Below are positions 20,691-29,855 of a DNA stretch of 64,000 bases, piece after piece. This DNA comes from an uncultured Pirellulaceae bacterium (GTDB taxonomy: Bacteria > Planctomycetota > Planctomycetia > Pirellulales > Pirellulaceae), in assembly GCA_938083195.1 (NCBI GenBank), contig CALKCK010000038.1:8186-72185 (forward strand). Direction: 5' to 3'. Within the stretch, counting starts at the first letter, position 1; each line of letters starts with the position of its first letter. Both the position numbers and the translations under genes were made by a program. Under the pieces are notes generated by a model. The model had not been told where the DNA came from, searched no databases, and saw only the letters and a list, made by a program, of their open reading frames with translations.

Positions 20691-21245
20691 ATGAACAATC
20701 TCACCTTTGAAGTTACTGAATTTTCAGAAGCAGGCGAAACACTTGGCACTGAATCGGTCGAGCGGACAAGCGTCGAAGGACCGCACCTGGATTATTTTTT
20801 CAACAAATTCGTGCACCTGTCAGGCGATCTCGAACTGCCTTTAGAGGACCGCTTGCCTGGCGAGAACGAAGCACTGGAGTATCGAATCGGATCGGATCGA
20901 AATGGAGCCTATGTTCTCTATTACTTTCACGACGAGGTGATCTTTGCGTCATTGATCCTCAGCGGCACAGATCACGAAACTGAAACGGAATTGATGCAAG
21001 TTTTCAAGTTTCTGTTGCTCGATACAGACGATCTTGACGAGCCCACCGAAGAAGAAATTGATGCAGTCCTCTCGTCCGAAGAATTTGATTTCTCCCAGAC
21101 TGAATCGCGACCTGCAGTGTTCGAAGTGCAGTTGACCGGGCCCGAGGACGGCGAAACTCCGCTGGAACATGTCAAACAAATGAATCGTGCCTTGAGCGCC
21201 GCATTCTTTAAAATAGATCGCCCTAGCCAGCATTCTGGTCAATAA
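20691..21245 (+). CDS. Hypothetical acidic protein
   Basis: 184-aa ORF filling the gap between NIPSNAP and the protease; strongly Asp/Glu-rich; no recognised motif. Confidence 0.6.
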   Translation: MNNLTFEVTEFSEAGETLGTESVERTSVEGPHLDYFFNKFVHLSGDLELPLEDRLPGENEALEYRIGSDRNGAYVLYYFHDEVIFASLILSGTDHETETELMQVFKFLLLDTDDLDEPTEEEIDAVLSSEEFDFSQTESRPAVFEVQLTGPEDGETPLEHVKQMNRALSAAFFKIDRPSQHSGQ

Positions 21246-23115
21246 ATTCCTTGATCAAGGTACGCGGGATGATGTACGACCGCGTGCGACTGAATCGAGA
21301 AATGTTTACTCCCAGAAAATTGCCGTCGATATCAAACACAGGACCTCCGCATTGCTCAGGACGGAGGTTGGCGTCGTGCGATACGACTCGACTGAACCCG
21401 TCCCTTCGGACGCTCTTGCCACCAATTAAATTATCAGCAATGTGCCGAGAGTCTTCATCAGGTCGCTTTCCAAGCGTTACTTCCTTGGTTATTTCTTTGC
21501 CATCCCGGCGAACTGTCACATCAATCTTACTATTGACATCCTGGTTAGAAAGAAAGCGAAACACATCGTTCCGCTGACGAACAGTCTTATCGCCGAGTTT
21601 CAAAACAATATCTCCCGATTGAAACCCAGCAATCTTCGCGGCTCCATTGTCAACTCGTTCAAAAAAAACCGTATTGTCTCGGCTACCAATGACCACCCCT
21701 AGAAAACCTCCGCTGACTCGAGTTCGGGGAACTGCGAAAAAATTAGAACCCCATGTGCTGATGCTACCATCTCCCTTGGCATCTGGAACCAATAGCAACC
21801 GCCCGGGTTCCTCTGCCAAATCACCCTTAATTTTGCTTAAATCAATTCCCCCGATGTCTCGAAATTCAACTTGTAACAAGACCAAATCATTTTTGGAATC
21901 TCGGGCAACAACTTGGGCAGAAAGACTACTGCCATTATTTAATTGAACCCTCGGTCGACTTCCGACAAGCGTGCTCTTGCTAATTAGATTGCCCCGGCCT
22001 TCTCGAAAGATTCGTGTGCCCCAGACCGTCTGCACCTTTTGGTTTAGGTCACTCTTGATGACAACCTGAGAATTATCCAGCTTCGCCTCGAGCGACTTAA
22101 AGACCTTAGAAAAGTCTCGCAACTCAGGATAAGTTTTTGGCTTTTCGGAATCCTCCGATTCGATAAGATCTAACTGAATCAACTTTCGCTTTTGATCGCG
22201 AAGAACTGAAAACTCCACTCGGCTCTCGCCTGAAGTTCGCAAAGAAATCAACTTATCGTAAATAGATTTGGCTGAATTAACTTTTTTACCCGAGATTGCC
22301 TGCACAACATCGTTGACTTTCAATCCTGAAGTTTGTGCTAAGCCACCATCGACAATTTTGACAACTTTAACACCCTTGGATTCGCTTTCTCCTCGGAAAC
22401 CTAGTTTAGGCAAACTTGGCCAACCGCTAATCTTAAAAACCTCGGGAGTTTTAAGCTGCTCCCAATATTGTTTGAAAGAATCGATGGGAACGTCATAATT
22501 TTGCCTAGTGTCCCGGCGGATGTTACTGTGAATCCCGATGACTCGCCCGTTAATATCAACCAACGGTCCTCCCGAATCCCCCGGCTCCATGACAGCCGTT
22601 GTCTCGATCATTCCTTCATTCGAAGTCACTGGACGAGTAACGTAGCCAAAACGAATTACCGAGCCCCGGTTTTTGTCGTACGTCCCGGGATAGCTGATAC
22701 TGATGCAGGGTTGGTTAGGAAGCAGCGACGCCGAATCTCCAAGTTCGGCTACCGGCAACCGCGATGGGTTGTCTATCTTCAACATCGCCATGTCGACGCG
22801 TTCGTTTGCACCGAGACCTTTCGCTCGAAACTCCCGACCGTCCGCTAACAAAACCTTATATCGGCGATTCGGTTTCACCGCGTGGCCTGCCGATAGAACA
22901 ATTCCATCAGAGCTAACGATGACACCACTAAAAACCATTCCACCGTCGTTAATGGCTACCGATGCAGGTGCAACCTTTTTGACCGCTAACATGATTTTGG
23001 CTTGCAGATCAGCAACATCCAAATCTTCGATGGCAAAACAAGAAGCCGTCGACGCCCAGAGCATAGCGAAAATCAGTAATAGCTTCTTGCTGAAAACAAA
23101 TCTTGAAAGCGGCAT
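21223..23115 (-). CDS. HtrA/DegP-like trypsin serine protease with two protease-like and two PDZ modules
   Basis: Signal peptide from ATG 23115. Triad SAGHAV / VDMAML / GDSGGP; PDZ starts KLGFRG and GFLGVV; second GGP motif is EQCGGP. Confidence 0.85.
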   Translation of the reverse strand: MPLSRFVFSKKLLLIFAMLWASTASCFAIEDLDVADLQAKIMLAVKKVAPASVAINDGGMVFSGVIVSSDGIVLSAGHAVKPNRRYKVLLADGREFRAKGLGANERVDMAMLKIDNPSRLPVAELGDSASLLPNQPCISISYPGTYDKNRGSVIRFGYVTRPVTSNEGMIETTAVMEPGDSGGPLVDINGRVIGIHSNIRRDTRQNYDVPIDSFKQYWEQLKTPEVFKISGWPSLPKLGFRGESESKGVKVVKIVDGGLAQTSGLKVNDVVQAISGKKVNSAKSIYDKLISLRTSGESRVEFSVLRDQKRKLIQLDLIESEDSEKPKTYPELRDFSKVFKSLEAKLDNSQVVIKSDLNQKVQTVWGTRIFREGRGNLISKSTLVGSRPRVQLNNGSSLSAQVVARDSKNDLVLLQVEFRDIGGIDLSKIKGDLAEEPGRLLLVPDAKGDGSISTWGSNFFAVPRTRVSGGFLGVVIGSRDNTVFFERVDNGAAKIAGFQSGDIVLKLGDKTVRQRNDVFRFLSNQDVNSKIDVTVRRDGKEITKEVTLGKRPDEDSRHIADNLIGGKSVRRDGFSRVVSHDANLRPEQCGGPVFDIDGNFLGVNISRFSRTRSYIIPRTLIKEFIDQNAG

Positions 23116-23392
23116 TTTTATCGCCTTATTTGAACGCTTATTTATATGCTTACCTGAACGTATGTAACTGTTGAAAAAATAGCCCATCTTGCATTGGTAA
23201 TCAAATCTTTTCCTACAGCCGCTGGCGGTTAACCGCAAACCGTCCACTTCAATACACACAATGCCGTCAACCGACACACTGTTCGTAAAAAACCCCGTGA
23301 TATTGAGGGATTCATTGCAAATTAGACGAAATTCATACCGACTGAATGCCTGCAATTGCAGCCGTTTTCCCTCTCGGGCATCCTCAAAATAG

Positions 23393-24649
23393 TTATCGCT
23401 CGCCAAGACAATACAGCCATTCCTGGCGGGCGCCACCCCGGTCTACTGCAACCCTCGCATAGAGTCTCCCCCCGCAAATGACCTGTGAGGCAAACGCTTC
23501 ATCACCTAATTGGTTCCGGGCGATTTCTTGGTAGCCCTCAGACTTCGCCTCAACGACCACCGTCTCACCATTCTCTGCCGTAAAATATAAATTCCGATTC
23601 ACGAGAACTGGTGAGGCGCTAACAGCCACCCGGCGTTTACTGAATTTCTGTTTCCACATTTCATTACCGTCAGCAGCTCGCCAACAATAAAGAACCCCAT
23701 TGTCGGCATGAGCAAATACGAAACCCTCAAATGCAAGCATTGACTGCTCGTACACTTTCGCTGGGTTATCCCATAACTTTTCACCGTTGCGAGCATCAAT
23801 ACCGATGGTTTGCCCTCCCGGAAATCCACCGCTCGCAAATACCCGTTCTTTATCCCAAACCATCGTCCCGCAGGTCACTGCCCAGTTGGCTTTTGTCGTC
23901 CAAATTGGATCGCCTGTCTCTGGATCGTAACTCGCTACTTTTCCGCCACCGCTAATGAGTAATTGCCGACGCCCCGCAACCTCGGCAACTACCGGCGTGG
24001 AATAACTACTAACACCCGTCCGGTCAATTCGCCACACCTCGTCACCCGTTTTGGTATCGCACGCAACGATCGCAGACTTGATTTGATTCTCATTGGTTAC
24101 AATCACGCGGGCACCATCAACAATGGGTGTGGACCCATAACCGAATGGGTAGGCCGGGGAATAAACCCCGACGTCTTTTTTCCAAAGCACCTGTCCTTCG
24201 AGATCAAGGGCAACTAGATGGATGTTATTGTGGTGGCAAAACACCGCAAACAAACTTCTCCCGTCCGTAGCAATGGTCGATGTGGCATGAGTGTTCTTAG
24301 GGTGCATTCGCTTTGGCCAACCACCTTGATTAACCTCCGTGGCCCAAAGTGTTTTTCCATCCTTTCGATCAAAACAAATCACTGATTGAGTTTGATCTTT
24401 TTTTTCGGCTGTCGTTAGAAAAATCTTATCCTCAACGATTAACGGTGAGGCATGTCCGCGGCCAGGTACTTTGGTTTTCCAGATGACATTTTCATCGTCT
24501 CCCCACTCCAACGGAGCTGTCTTGGATTCTGCAATTCCATTGCCGCTAGGACCTCGCCAACGCGACCAGTCATTCTGAGCATCAACCTCACGGGAGAGGA
24601 TGGCTACTACGCATAACAAGAAAAAACCAACAGTAGATTTCGAAAACAT
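23393..24649 (-). CDS. PQQ-binding-like beta-propeller protein (BamB-like)
   Basis: Signal peptide, WSRWRGPSGNG, and repeated A.D..TG...W motifs and SP/TP strands. Confidence 0.85.
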   Translation of the reverse strand: MFSKSTVGFFLLCVVAILSREVDAQNDWSRWRGPSGNGIAESKTAPLEWGDDENVIWKTKVPGRGHASPLIVEDKIFLTTAEKKDQTQSVICFDRKDGKTLWATEVNQGGWPKRMHPKNTHATSTIATDGRSLFAVFCHHNNIHLVALDLEGQVLWKKDVGVYSPAYPFGYGSTPIVDGARVIVTNENQIKSAIVACDTKTGDEVWRIDRTGVSSYSTPVVAEVAGRRQLLISGGGKVASYDPETGDPIWTTKANWAVTCGTMVWDKERVFASGGFPGGQTIGIDARNGEKLWDNPAKVYEQSMLAFEGFVFAHADNGVLYCWRAADGNEMWKQKFSKRRVAVSASPVLVNRNLYFTAENGETVVVEAKSEGYQEIARNQLGDEAFASQVICGGRLYARVAVDRGGARQEWLYCLGER

Positions 24650-24776
24650 TAGTAACTCAAATTGGGAATATAATAGATAAATCAGTAGCTATCGCGTCGG
24701 TTAAGAATAACCCGAAAACAAAATTCGCGACAGGCTTACATTGGTGTCTCTGCGCTCGCTGACCTAGTACCAAACG

Positions 24777-24809
24777 AACGCCATGAGGATAACGCTATGA
24801 GGATAACGC
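24777..24809. repeat. 14-bp tandem repeat (about 2.3 copies) immediately downstream of the HNH gene
   Basis: AACGC-CATGAGGAT-AACGC-TATGAGGAT-AACGC. Confidence 0.8.
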
Positions 24810-24818
24810 AGAGTAATG

Positions 24819-25415
24819 CTATTCCAAAAGTTCAGCGCTCCAATAGGCATCGCTAATGAATTTCGCCCAACTCTGATAGCCGGTGGTGTGCTGGGAATAA
24901 ATTGGATTCCAGTTAGGCTGCTTCGGCACGTTCAATAACTTCAAACCTGCCCTCTCGGGAGATCGATCTGCTTTATTCTGATTGCAGGGTACGCAAGCAA
25001 GCACGCAATTCTCCCAATTCGACCCACCTCCATGTGACCTCGGAACAACATGGTCGATCGTCAATTCATCACCCCTTGGTCGACGGCCACAGTACTGACA
25101 GGTCATTCGGTCGCGTTTAAAGAGGTTTCTTCGGCTGAAAGCAACGGTTGTTGAAGGGAGGCGATTAAAATCTGCCAGTGTGATAACCTCGGGGACGCGA
25201 ATCCGTCTTGATACCGTTCGTACGAATTCCTGTCCGTCGTCAGCATCCGCCCGAGCCCAATCTTCCCAGTCGTAAAGTTGATAGTCGACTGGATCGACAA
25301 CTCGCGCCGCCCCACTCCAAACCATCACAAGAGCGCGAGCCACCGTCGCAACATTGACTGGTTGCCAACTCCGATTTAAAACCAAAGTCGGTCGCTGAAG
25401 AACCTCTGAAACCAT
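24819..25415 (-). CDS. HNH endonuclease (McrA-like, Zn-binding)
   Basis: TLVLNRSWQP N-terminus, CQYC...TIDHVVPRSHGG..NWEN..ACVPCN..K. Start at ATG 25415, with AAGGAG upstream. Confidence 0.88.
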   Translation of the reverse strand: MVSEVLQRPTLVLNRSWQPVNVATVARALVMVWSGAARVVDPVDYQLYDWEDWARADADDGQEFVRTVSRRIRVPEVITLADFNRLPSTTVAFSRRNLFKRDRMTCQYCGRRPRGDELTIDHVVPRSHGGGSNWENCVLACVPCNQNKADRSPERAGLKLLNVPKQPNWNPIYSQHTTGYQSWAKFISDAYWSAELLE

Positions 25416-25936
25416 TTCGTCGACTCCTTGCATTTTTGTGATCAAGGCAGCAGGAAACCCCAATACAAATTGCCATCGTAAAAAACGCACAAGGCAGATG
25501 AATCGAGTCTGTTAATTATGGCGAAAAAAATATCATTTGAACACCTAAAGGCTCCGAGAGTAAAAACTGAGAGCCATGGGTCCCAAGAAAACAGGGTGGC
25601 AGAAGTCCAATAATTGCAAAAATGGTTGAATTTACTCGAAATACTGAGAGTAATCTGCGGTATCGCCGATCCAAGCGCTCGTGAAAAACTTAATCGTCCC
25701 CAAGAATAGTAAGAGGCTTCACCTTCAGGCCAAAAGTAAACCCCCGCGGTCGCTCAAGACAATGCGAAGGATTCGGTTCGGGACACTTTCTGCGCCTTCT
25801 CGCATTTCTACCGGCGCGTTATGTTAGTAAACCCCAGCGGTGTAGTAAAAACAAAGCGAATAGACAGATCGGCAACGGCGTCGAATTCGCAACTCAAAAG
25901 CTCCACTGGCCACCACAAAAAAATTGGAGCAATGCA

Positions 25937-26824
25937 ATGTCAGCTAAATTGCTGGATGGAAAAGGAATTTCAAAAGAAATTCAAAAAGAAACCAAAGTGA
26001 AGGTCGAACAGTTTATCGCGGATCATGCGAAAGCGCCAGTACTAGCCGCCGTTCTTGTCGGCGATGACCCTGCCAGCCAGGTCTACGTCCGCAATAAGGA
26101 ACGCGCATGTGCACGTGCTGGAATCGAAAGCCAACTGCACCGCCTTCCAGATACCAGCACCACCGAGGAAATTCTCGCCAAAGTGGTTGAGTTGAATGAG
26201 AACCATCAAGTCAACGGGATCTTGGTTCAGCTTCCACTCCCCGAACAAGCGGACAGTCGGGTGATTCTCGATGCAATCGATCCTTTAAAAGATGTCGACG
26301 CTTTCCACCCCCACAACGTTGGTCTAATTTCACAAGGCCGGCCACAGTTTCTCCCTTGCACACCTCACGGCATCGTGCAGATGCTTAAACGTTGCGGGAT
26401 CGAAACTTCCGGCAAGTCTGTCTGCGTTATTGGCAGAAGCGACATTGTTGGAAAACCGATGGCGATGATGTTGGGACAAAAAAATTCAAATCTTGGCCCG
26501 GAAATGGCCAACGCTACCGTTACGCTTTGTCACAGTCGCACCCAGAATCTCGCTTCGATTACGCAGCAAGCTGACATTCTCATCGCGGCCATTGGACGTC
26601 CAAACTTTGTGACGCCAGATATGATTAAACCAGGAGCCGTTGTCGTTGATGTCGGAATCAACCGGACCGATCAAGGGTTAGTGGGTGACGTAGATTTCGA
26701 TTTAGGAAAAGAGATCGCGGGATTCATCACTCCAGTTCCAGGTGGAGTCGGACCACTTACCGTCACCATGCTCCTTGAAAATACGCTAATGGCTGCGATG
26801 ATTCAAAGTGAGTCAATTAAATAA
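25937..26824 (+). CDS. folD: Bifunctional methylenetetrahydrofolate dehydrogenase/cyclohydrolase
   Basis: ASQVYVRNK, ILVQLPLP, KDVDAFHP, PCTP, GRSDIVGKP and PVPGGVGP. Confidence 0.95.
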   Translation: MSAKLLDGKGISKEIQKETKVKVEQFIADHAKAPVLAAVLVGDDPASQVYVRNKERACARAGIESQLHRLPDTSTTEEILAKVVELNENHQVNGILVQLPLPEQADSRVILDAIDPLKDVDAFHPHNVGLISQGRPQFLPCTPHGIVQMLKRCGIETSGKSVCVIGRSDIVGKPMAMMLGQKNSNLGPEMANATVTLCHSRTQNLASITQQADILIAAIGRPNFVTPDMIKPGAVVVDVGINRTDQGLVGDVDFDLGKEIAGFITPVPGGVGPLTVTMLLENTLMAAMIQSESIK

Positions 26825-26984
26825 ATAGCGCAACTGACCTGATGTTAGCCAAACTTTCGTTTTTAAAGACCACTGGCAAAGATGATTTTATGACGATTGA
26901 CTATTCGAAATACTCTTTGCCAAGCGAGCCTTACGACAACCAAGCCGGTCCTGTCTTTTGCCACCAGCGGTTGGAGAATAAATA

Positions 26985-29783
26985 ATGAACACCATAATTA
27001 CTAATCCTTGGCTTCGCCCTCTCGCAATCTCTTTTCTCGCTTTTTCATTTTTGTTAATCACTGGCTGCAGCGGCTGCCTTGATTCCGAAAAAACAATCGC
27101 TCAAAAAAAGGCCGAGGAAAAGAAAAAACCCAAAGAGCCTTTTGAAACTAACAGTCCCGTTCTACTACCCGGCCATTATCCGATTTCACTTGACAAGTTA
27201 AAAGAACAGCGAAAAGAAAAGCAAGAGAAAACAGACGATCCGCTCGCGGAACTACTCGGCAACACGGGCTCAGGTGGGACACGTTTCAATCGAATTAAAC
27301 CTGGACACTGGTACACCGCTAATTTTCAAGCGGTAGCCAATAACAACAACTTCGAAGGCAACCTAGAAGCTTCCGCCATCGAGCCCGGTGGAAAAACTAC
27401 TAATATTCCCGGCACCAACTATTTTTTAACCACGAGCCGCCCAGCGTCATTGCCTAAAGGGGAATTGAAAAATTTCGAGACGAGTGTCTACATTCCCGTT
27501 CGTGATGGCGCAAAAACGGCAACTGCAAAATACACGCTGAGTCGCTCCTCTAGCGGCCTGACTCCCGTAGTGCAAACTCAGCCTGTTAAACTAATGGGAG
27601 GGTATCAATATCACATCGTCCTGCTGAGTAGTCGCCCGGACAGTTTCTCCTTCATAAACCGAAACGACAATATTCGATTACCTGGGCAAAACCAGAATGG
27701 CTCCGACTTGGACCCGTTTTATTTTGTCGTGCCCTCCCTCCGTGGCTATCCCTCTCCACTCCCCAAGCACTCGCTGAACTGGACGACAATTGCCTATCTA
27801 ATCTGGGATGATTTAGATCCCAACGAAATGGCTCAAGAACACCAGGAAGCAGTTTTGGACTGGCTTCATTTTGGGGGACAACTCATTCTTAGCGGTCCCG
27901 ATTGCCTCGGCAAACTCCAAACCAGTTTTCTCGCGGACTATCTGCCGGCAACTTTTCAAGGCACCCAAAATATAACGAACGCGGACATAGCCGAACTAAA
28001 TAAAAACTGGTCGCTACCACCCAAAAAAAACAAAGGGAATACCCGCGACCTTGTGATCTCCAATAAATCTCCACTGCTGGGAGTCACCCTTACCCCCCAC
28101 CCAAAAGCCGACTTTATTACCGGCACAGGGAAAATGGCCATCGAAAGGAAAATTGGTCGCGGTCGAATTGTAATTACAGCCTTTTCACTTAACGATCAAT
28201 TGATTCGGAGTTGGGGCAGTTTCTCGAGTTTCCTCAATGGCGCTTTATTTCGAATGCCCGCACGACGCTTCGCCCCTAACATCGCCAGTACTGTCTTGTT
28301 TAACTGGATCGACTATGGATCCACCGCCTACGATCCATTGATTCGCAGCACCCTTCGCTATCTCTCCCGAGATCTTTCATCAACCGGCACGCTAGAATCA
28401 CCAAATTCAAAACTGGGTGAAGTCGCTGTCAACGATGGCGAGATACCAACCACGAACCTCATGGACCGCCCCGAAGACACACTGGACAAACTCGCAACCC
28501 GAGGCCCCGGTGACAATTGGCATTTTGGGGGCTATCAGGATTTGGGATATTCCGGAGTCGCGGGATGGAATGATTACGGAGCAATCTCCAAAGCGGCTCG
28601 GGAAACGCTAAAACAGACGGCTGGAATTTCACCGCCGTCTTCCGGCTTTGTATTAAAGATGCTGGCGATATACCTCGTAATCTTGGTCCCATTGAACTGG
28701 CTTTTCTTTAGGCTCATCGGAAAAGTGGAATACGCCTGGGTCGCGGTTCCAATTATCGCTCTGGTTGGTGCATTTACTGTCGTCAAACTGGCCTCGCTAG
28801 ACATCGGTTTTGCAAGGAGCAATACACAAATCAGCCTGCTTGAAGTCCATGCTGACTACCCTCGGGCACACATGGCGGAATACTCTGCACTTTATACTTC
28901 ACTCTCCACCCGGTACACCGCTGAGCTCGACAATCGCTCTGCCCAATCCCTACCGTTCTCTATCTCAGATCAAAACCAAAAATCCCAAGATGCCGAAACA
29001 CCGGGAGAAGTAATTTTACGCCGCACCGTTGAAAACGAGCTCAACGGATTTCAAATCCAATCGAACTCTACTGGGTTGTTGCATACCGAGGCCATGGTCA
29101 ATTTGGGCGGCGTCATTTCTTTTTCAAAGGATCTTGAAACGGGCCAGTCAACCCTCGCTAACACGACCGCAATGGCAATTGAAAATGCAGCCGTCATTGG
29201 TCGCAACAAGAACGGAGAACTTCAGTTCGCTCCGTTCAAATCAATTGGAACCGGAGATGAAATTATTTTGCAATTCCAGCCCTGCAAAACACTCGATTCT
29301 GTTTGGCTACCGGACTCAGAGTTCGCCCAATTGCGATCCTCGGCAGAAACGATATGGGAGTCCAATCTCAACGAACTCAGCACCACGGACATCGATACGG
29401 TGAGTGAATTCCCTCAAATCCGAAAAATTAAGGGCACGATGCGACGATTGCTGTTAGCAAAGAACGAATTCCAATGCACCAAGGAAGATTTCATCACTGA
29501 GTACGCGAGAATAAATTCCACTGGCACCTCGAAAGTAACCCTCGACTTGCTAAGAGATACGATTCTTAAAAATCTTGCGCTAGATAAAAATGAATATCGC
29601 CTGATCGGAGTCTGCCAAGGCAACCCCGGCAACACTGTTTTCAATCCAGCTGCAACACAAACCGTCACTCGCTCCTTAGTGGTAGCCCATCTCCAGCGGG
29701 GGGAATTGCCAATTGCCAAGCGAGACCTTAACTCCATCAACGATTTTAAAACCATCTCAAATCTTGACTTGCCAACTGACTAA
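26985..29783 (+). CDS. Large membrane protein of unknown function with a GATase-like extracytoplasmic segment, ABC-associated
   Basis: 932 aa. Signal/lipobox-like LLITGC, LDWLHFGGQLILSG segment, and two internal TM helices (MLAIYLVILVPLNWLFF; AWVAVPIIALVGAFTVV). Directly upstream of an ABC ATPase. Confidence 0.6.
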   Translation: MNTIITNPWLRPLAISFLAFSFLLITGCSGCLDSEKTIAQKKAEEKKKPKEPFETNSPVLLPGHYPISLDKLKEQRKEKQEKTDDPLAELLGNTGSGGTRFNRIKPGHWYTANFQAVANNNNFEGNLEASAIEPGGKTTNIPGTNYFLTTSRPASLPKGELKNFETSVYIPVRDGAKTATAKYTLSRSSSGLTPVVQTQPVKLMGGYQYHIVLLSSRPDSFSFINRNDNIRLPGQNQNGSDLDPFYFVVPSLRGYPSPLPKHSLNWTTIAYLIWDDLDPNEMAQEHQEAVLDWLHFGGQLILSGPDCLGKLQTSFLADYLPATFQGTQNITNADIAELNKNWSLPPKKNKGNTRDLVISNKSPLLGVTLTPHPKADFITGTGKMAIERKIGRGRIVITAFSLNDQLIRSWGSFSSFLNGALFRMPARRFAPNIASTVLFNWIDYGSTAYDPLIRSTLRYLSRDLSSTGTLESPNSKLGEVAVNDGEIPTTNLMDRPEDTLDKLATRGPGDNWHFGGYQDLGYSGVAGWNDYGAISKAARETLKQTAGISPPSSGFVLKMLAIYLVILVPLNWLFFRLIGKVEYAWVAVPIIALVGAFTVVKLASLDIGFARSNTQISLLEVHADYPRAHMAEYSALYTSLSTRYTAELDNRSAQSLPFSISDQNQKSQDAETPGEVILRRTVENELNGFQIQSNSTGLLHTEAMVNLGGVISFSKDLETGQSTLANTTAMAIENAAVIGRNKNGELQFAPFKSIGTGDEIILQFQPCKTLDSVWLPDSEFAQLRSSAETIWESNLNELSTTDIDTVSEFPQIRKIKGTMRRLLLAKNEFQCTKEDFITEYARINSTGTSKVTLDLLRDTILKNLALDKNEYRLIGVCQGNPGNTVFNPAATQTVTRSLVVAHLQRGELPIAKRDLNSINDFKTISNLDLPTD

Positions 29784-29855
29784 ACAGAATCGACCAAACT
29801 TTCGCTCACCAGTACCAAGTTCAACTTTATAAATTGCAAACAGAAAAATCACACC

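Noticed and set aside
23116-23436. 107-aa N-terminal extension of the protease ORF in the ORF track
   Set aside because: It overlaps the 3' end of the beta-propeller gene, looks non-coding, and a clean signal peptide starts at Met 23115.
25895-25936. Possible ZTP/THF riboswitch before folD (ACTGGC...CACCAC...GGAGC; GCTCCA/TGGAGC stem covering the RBS)
   Set aside because: The P2 stem (GUGG...CCAC) and the downstream GCCG..CGCCUGGGC pseudoknot half of ZTP riboswitches are missing. Only a 6-bp stem with a 19-nt loop remains, which can arise by chance.
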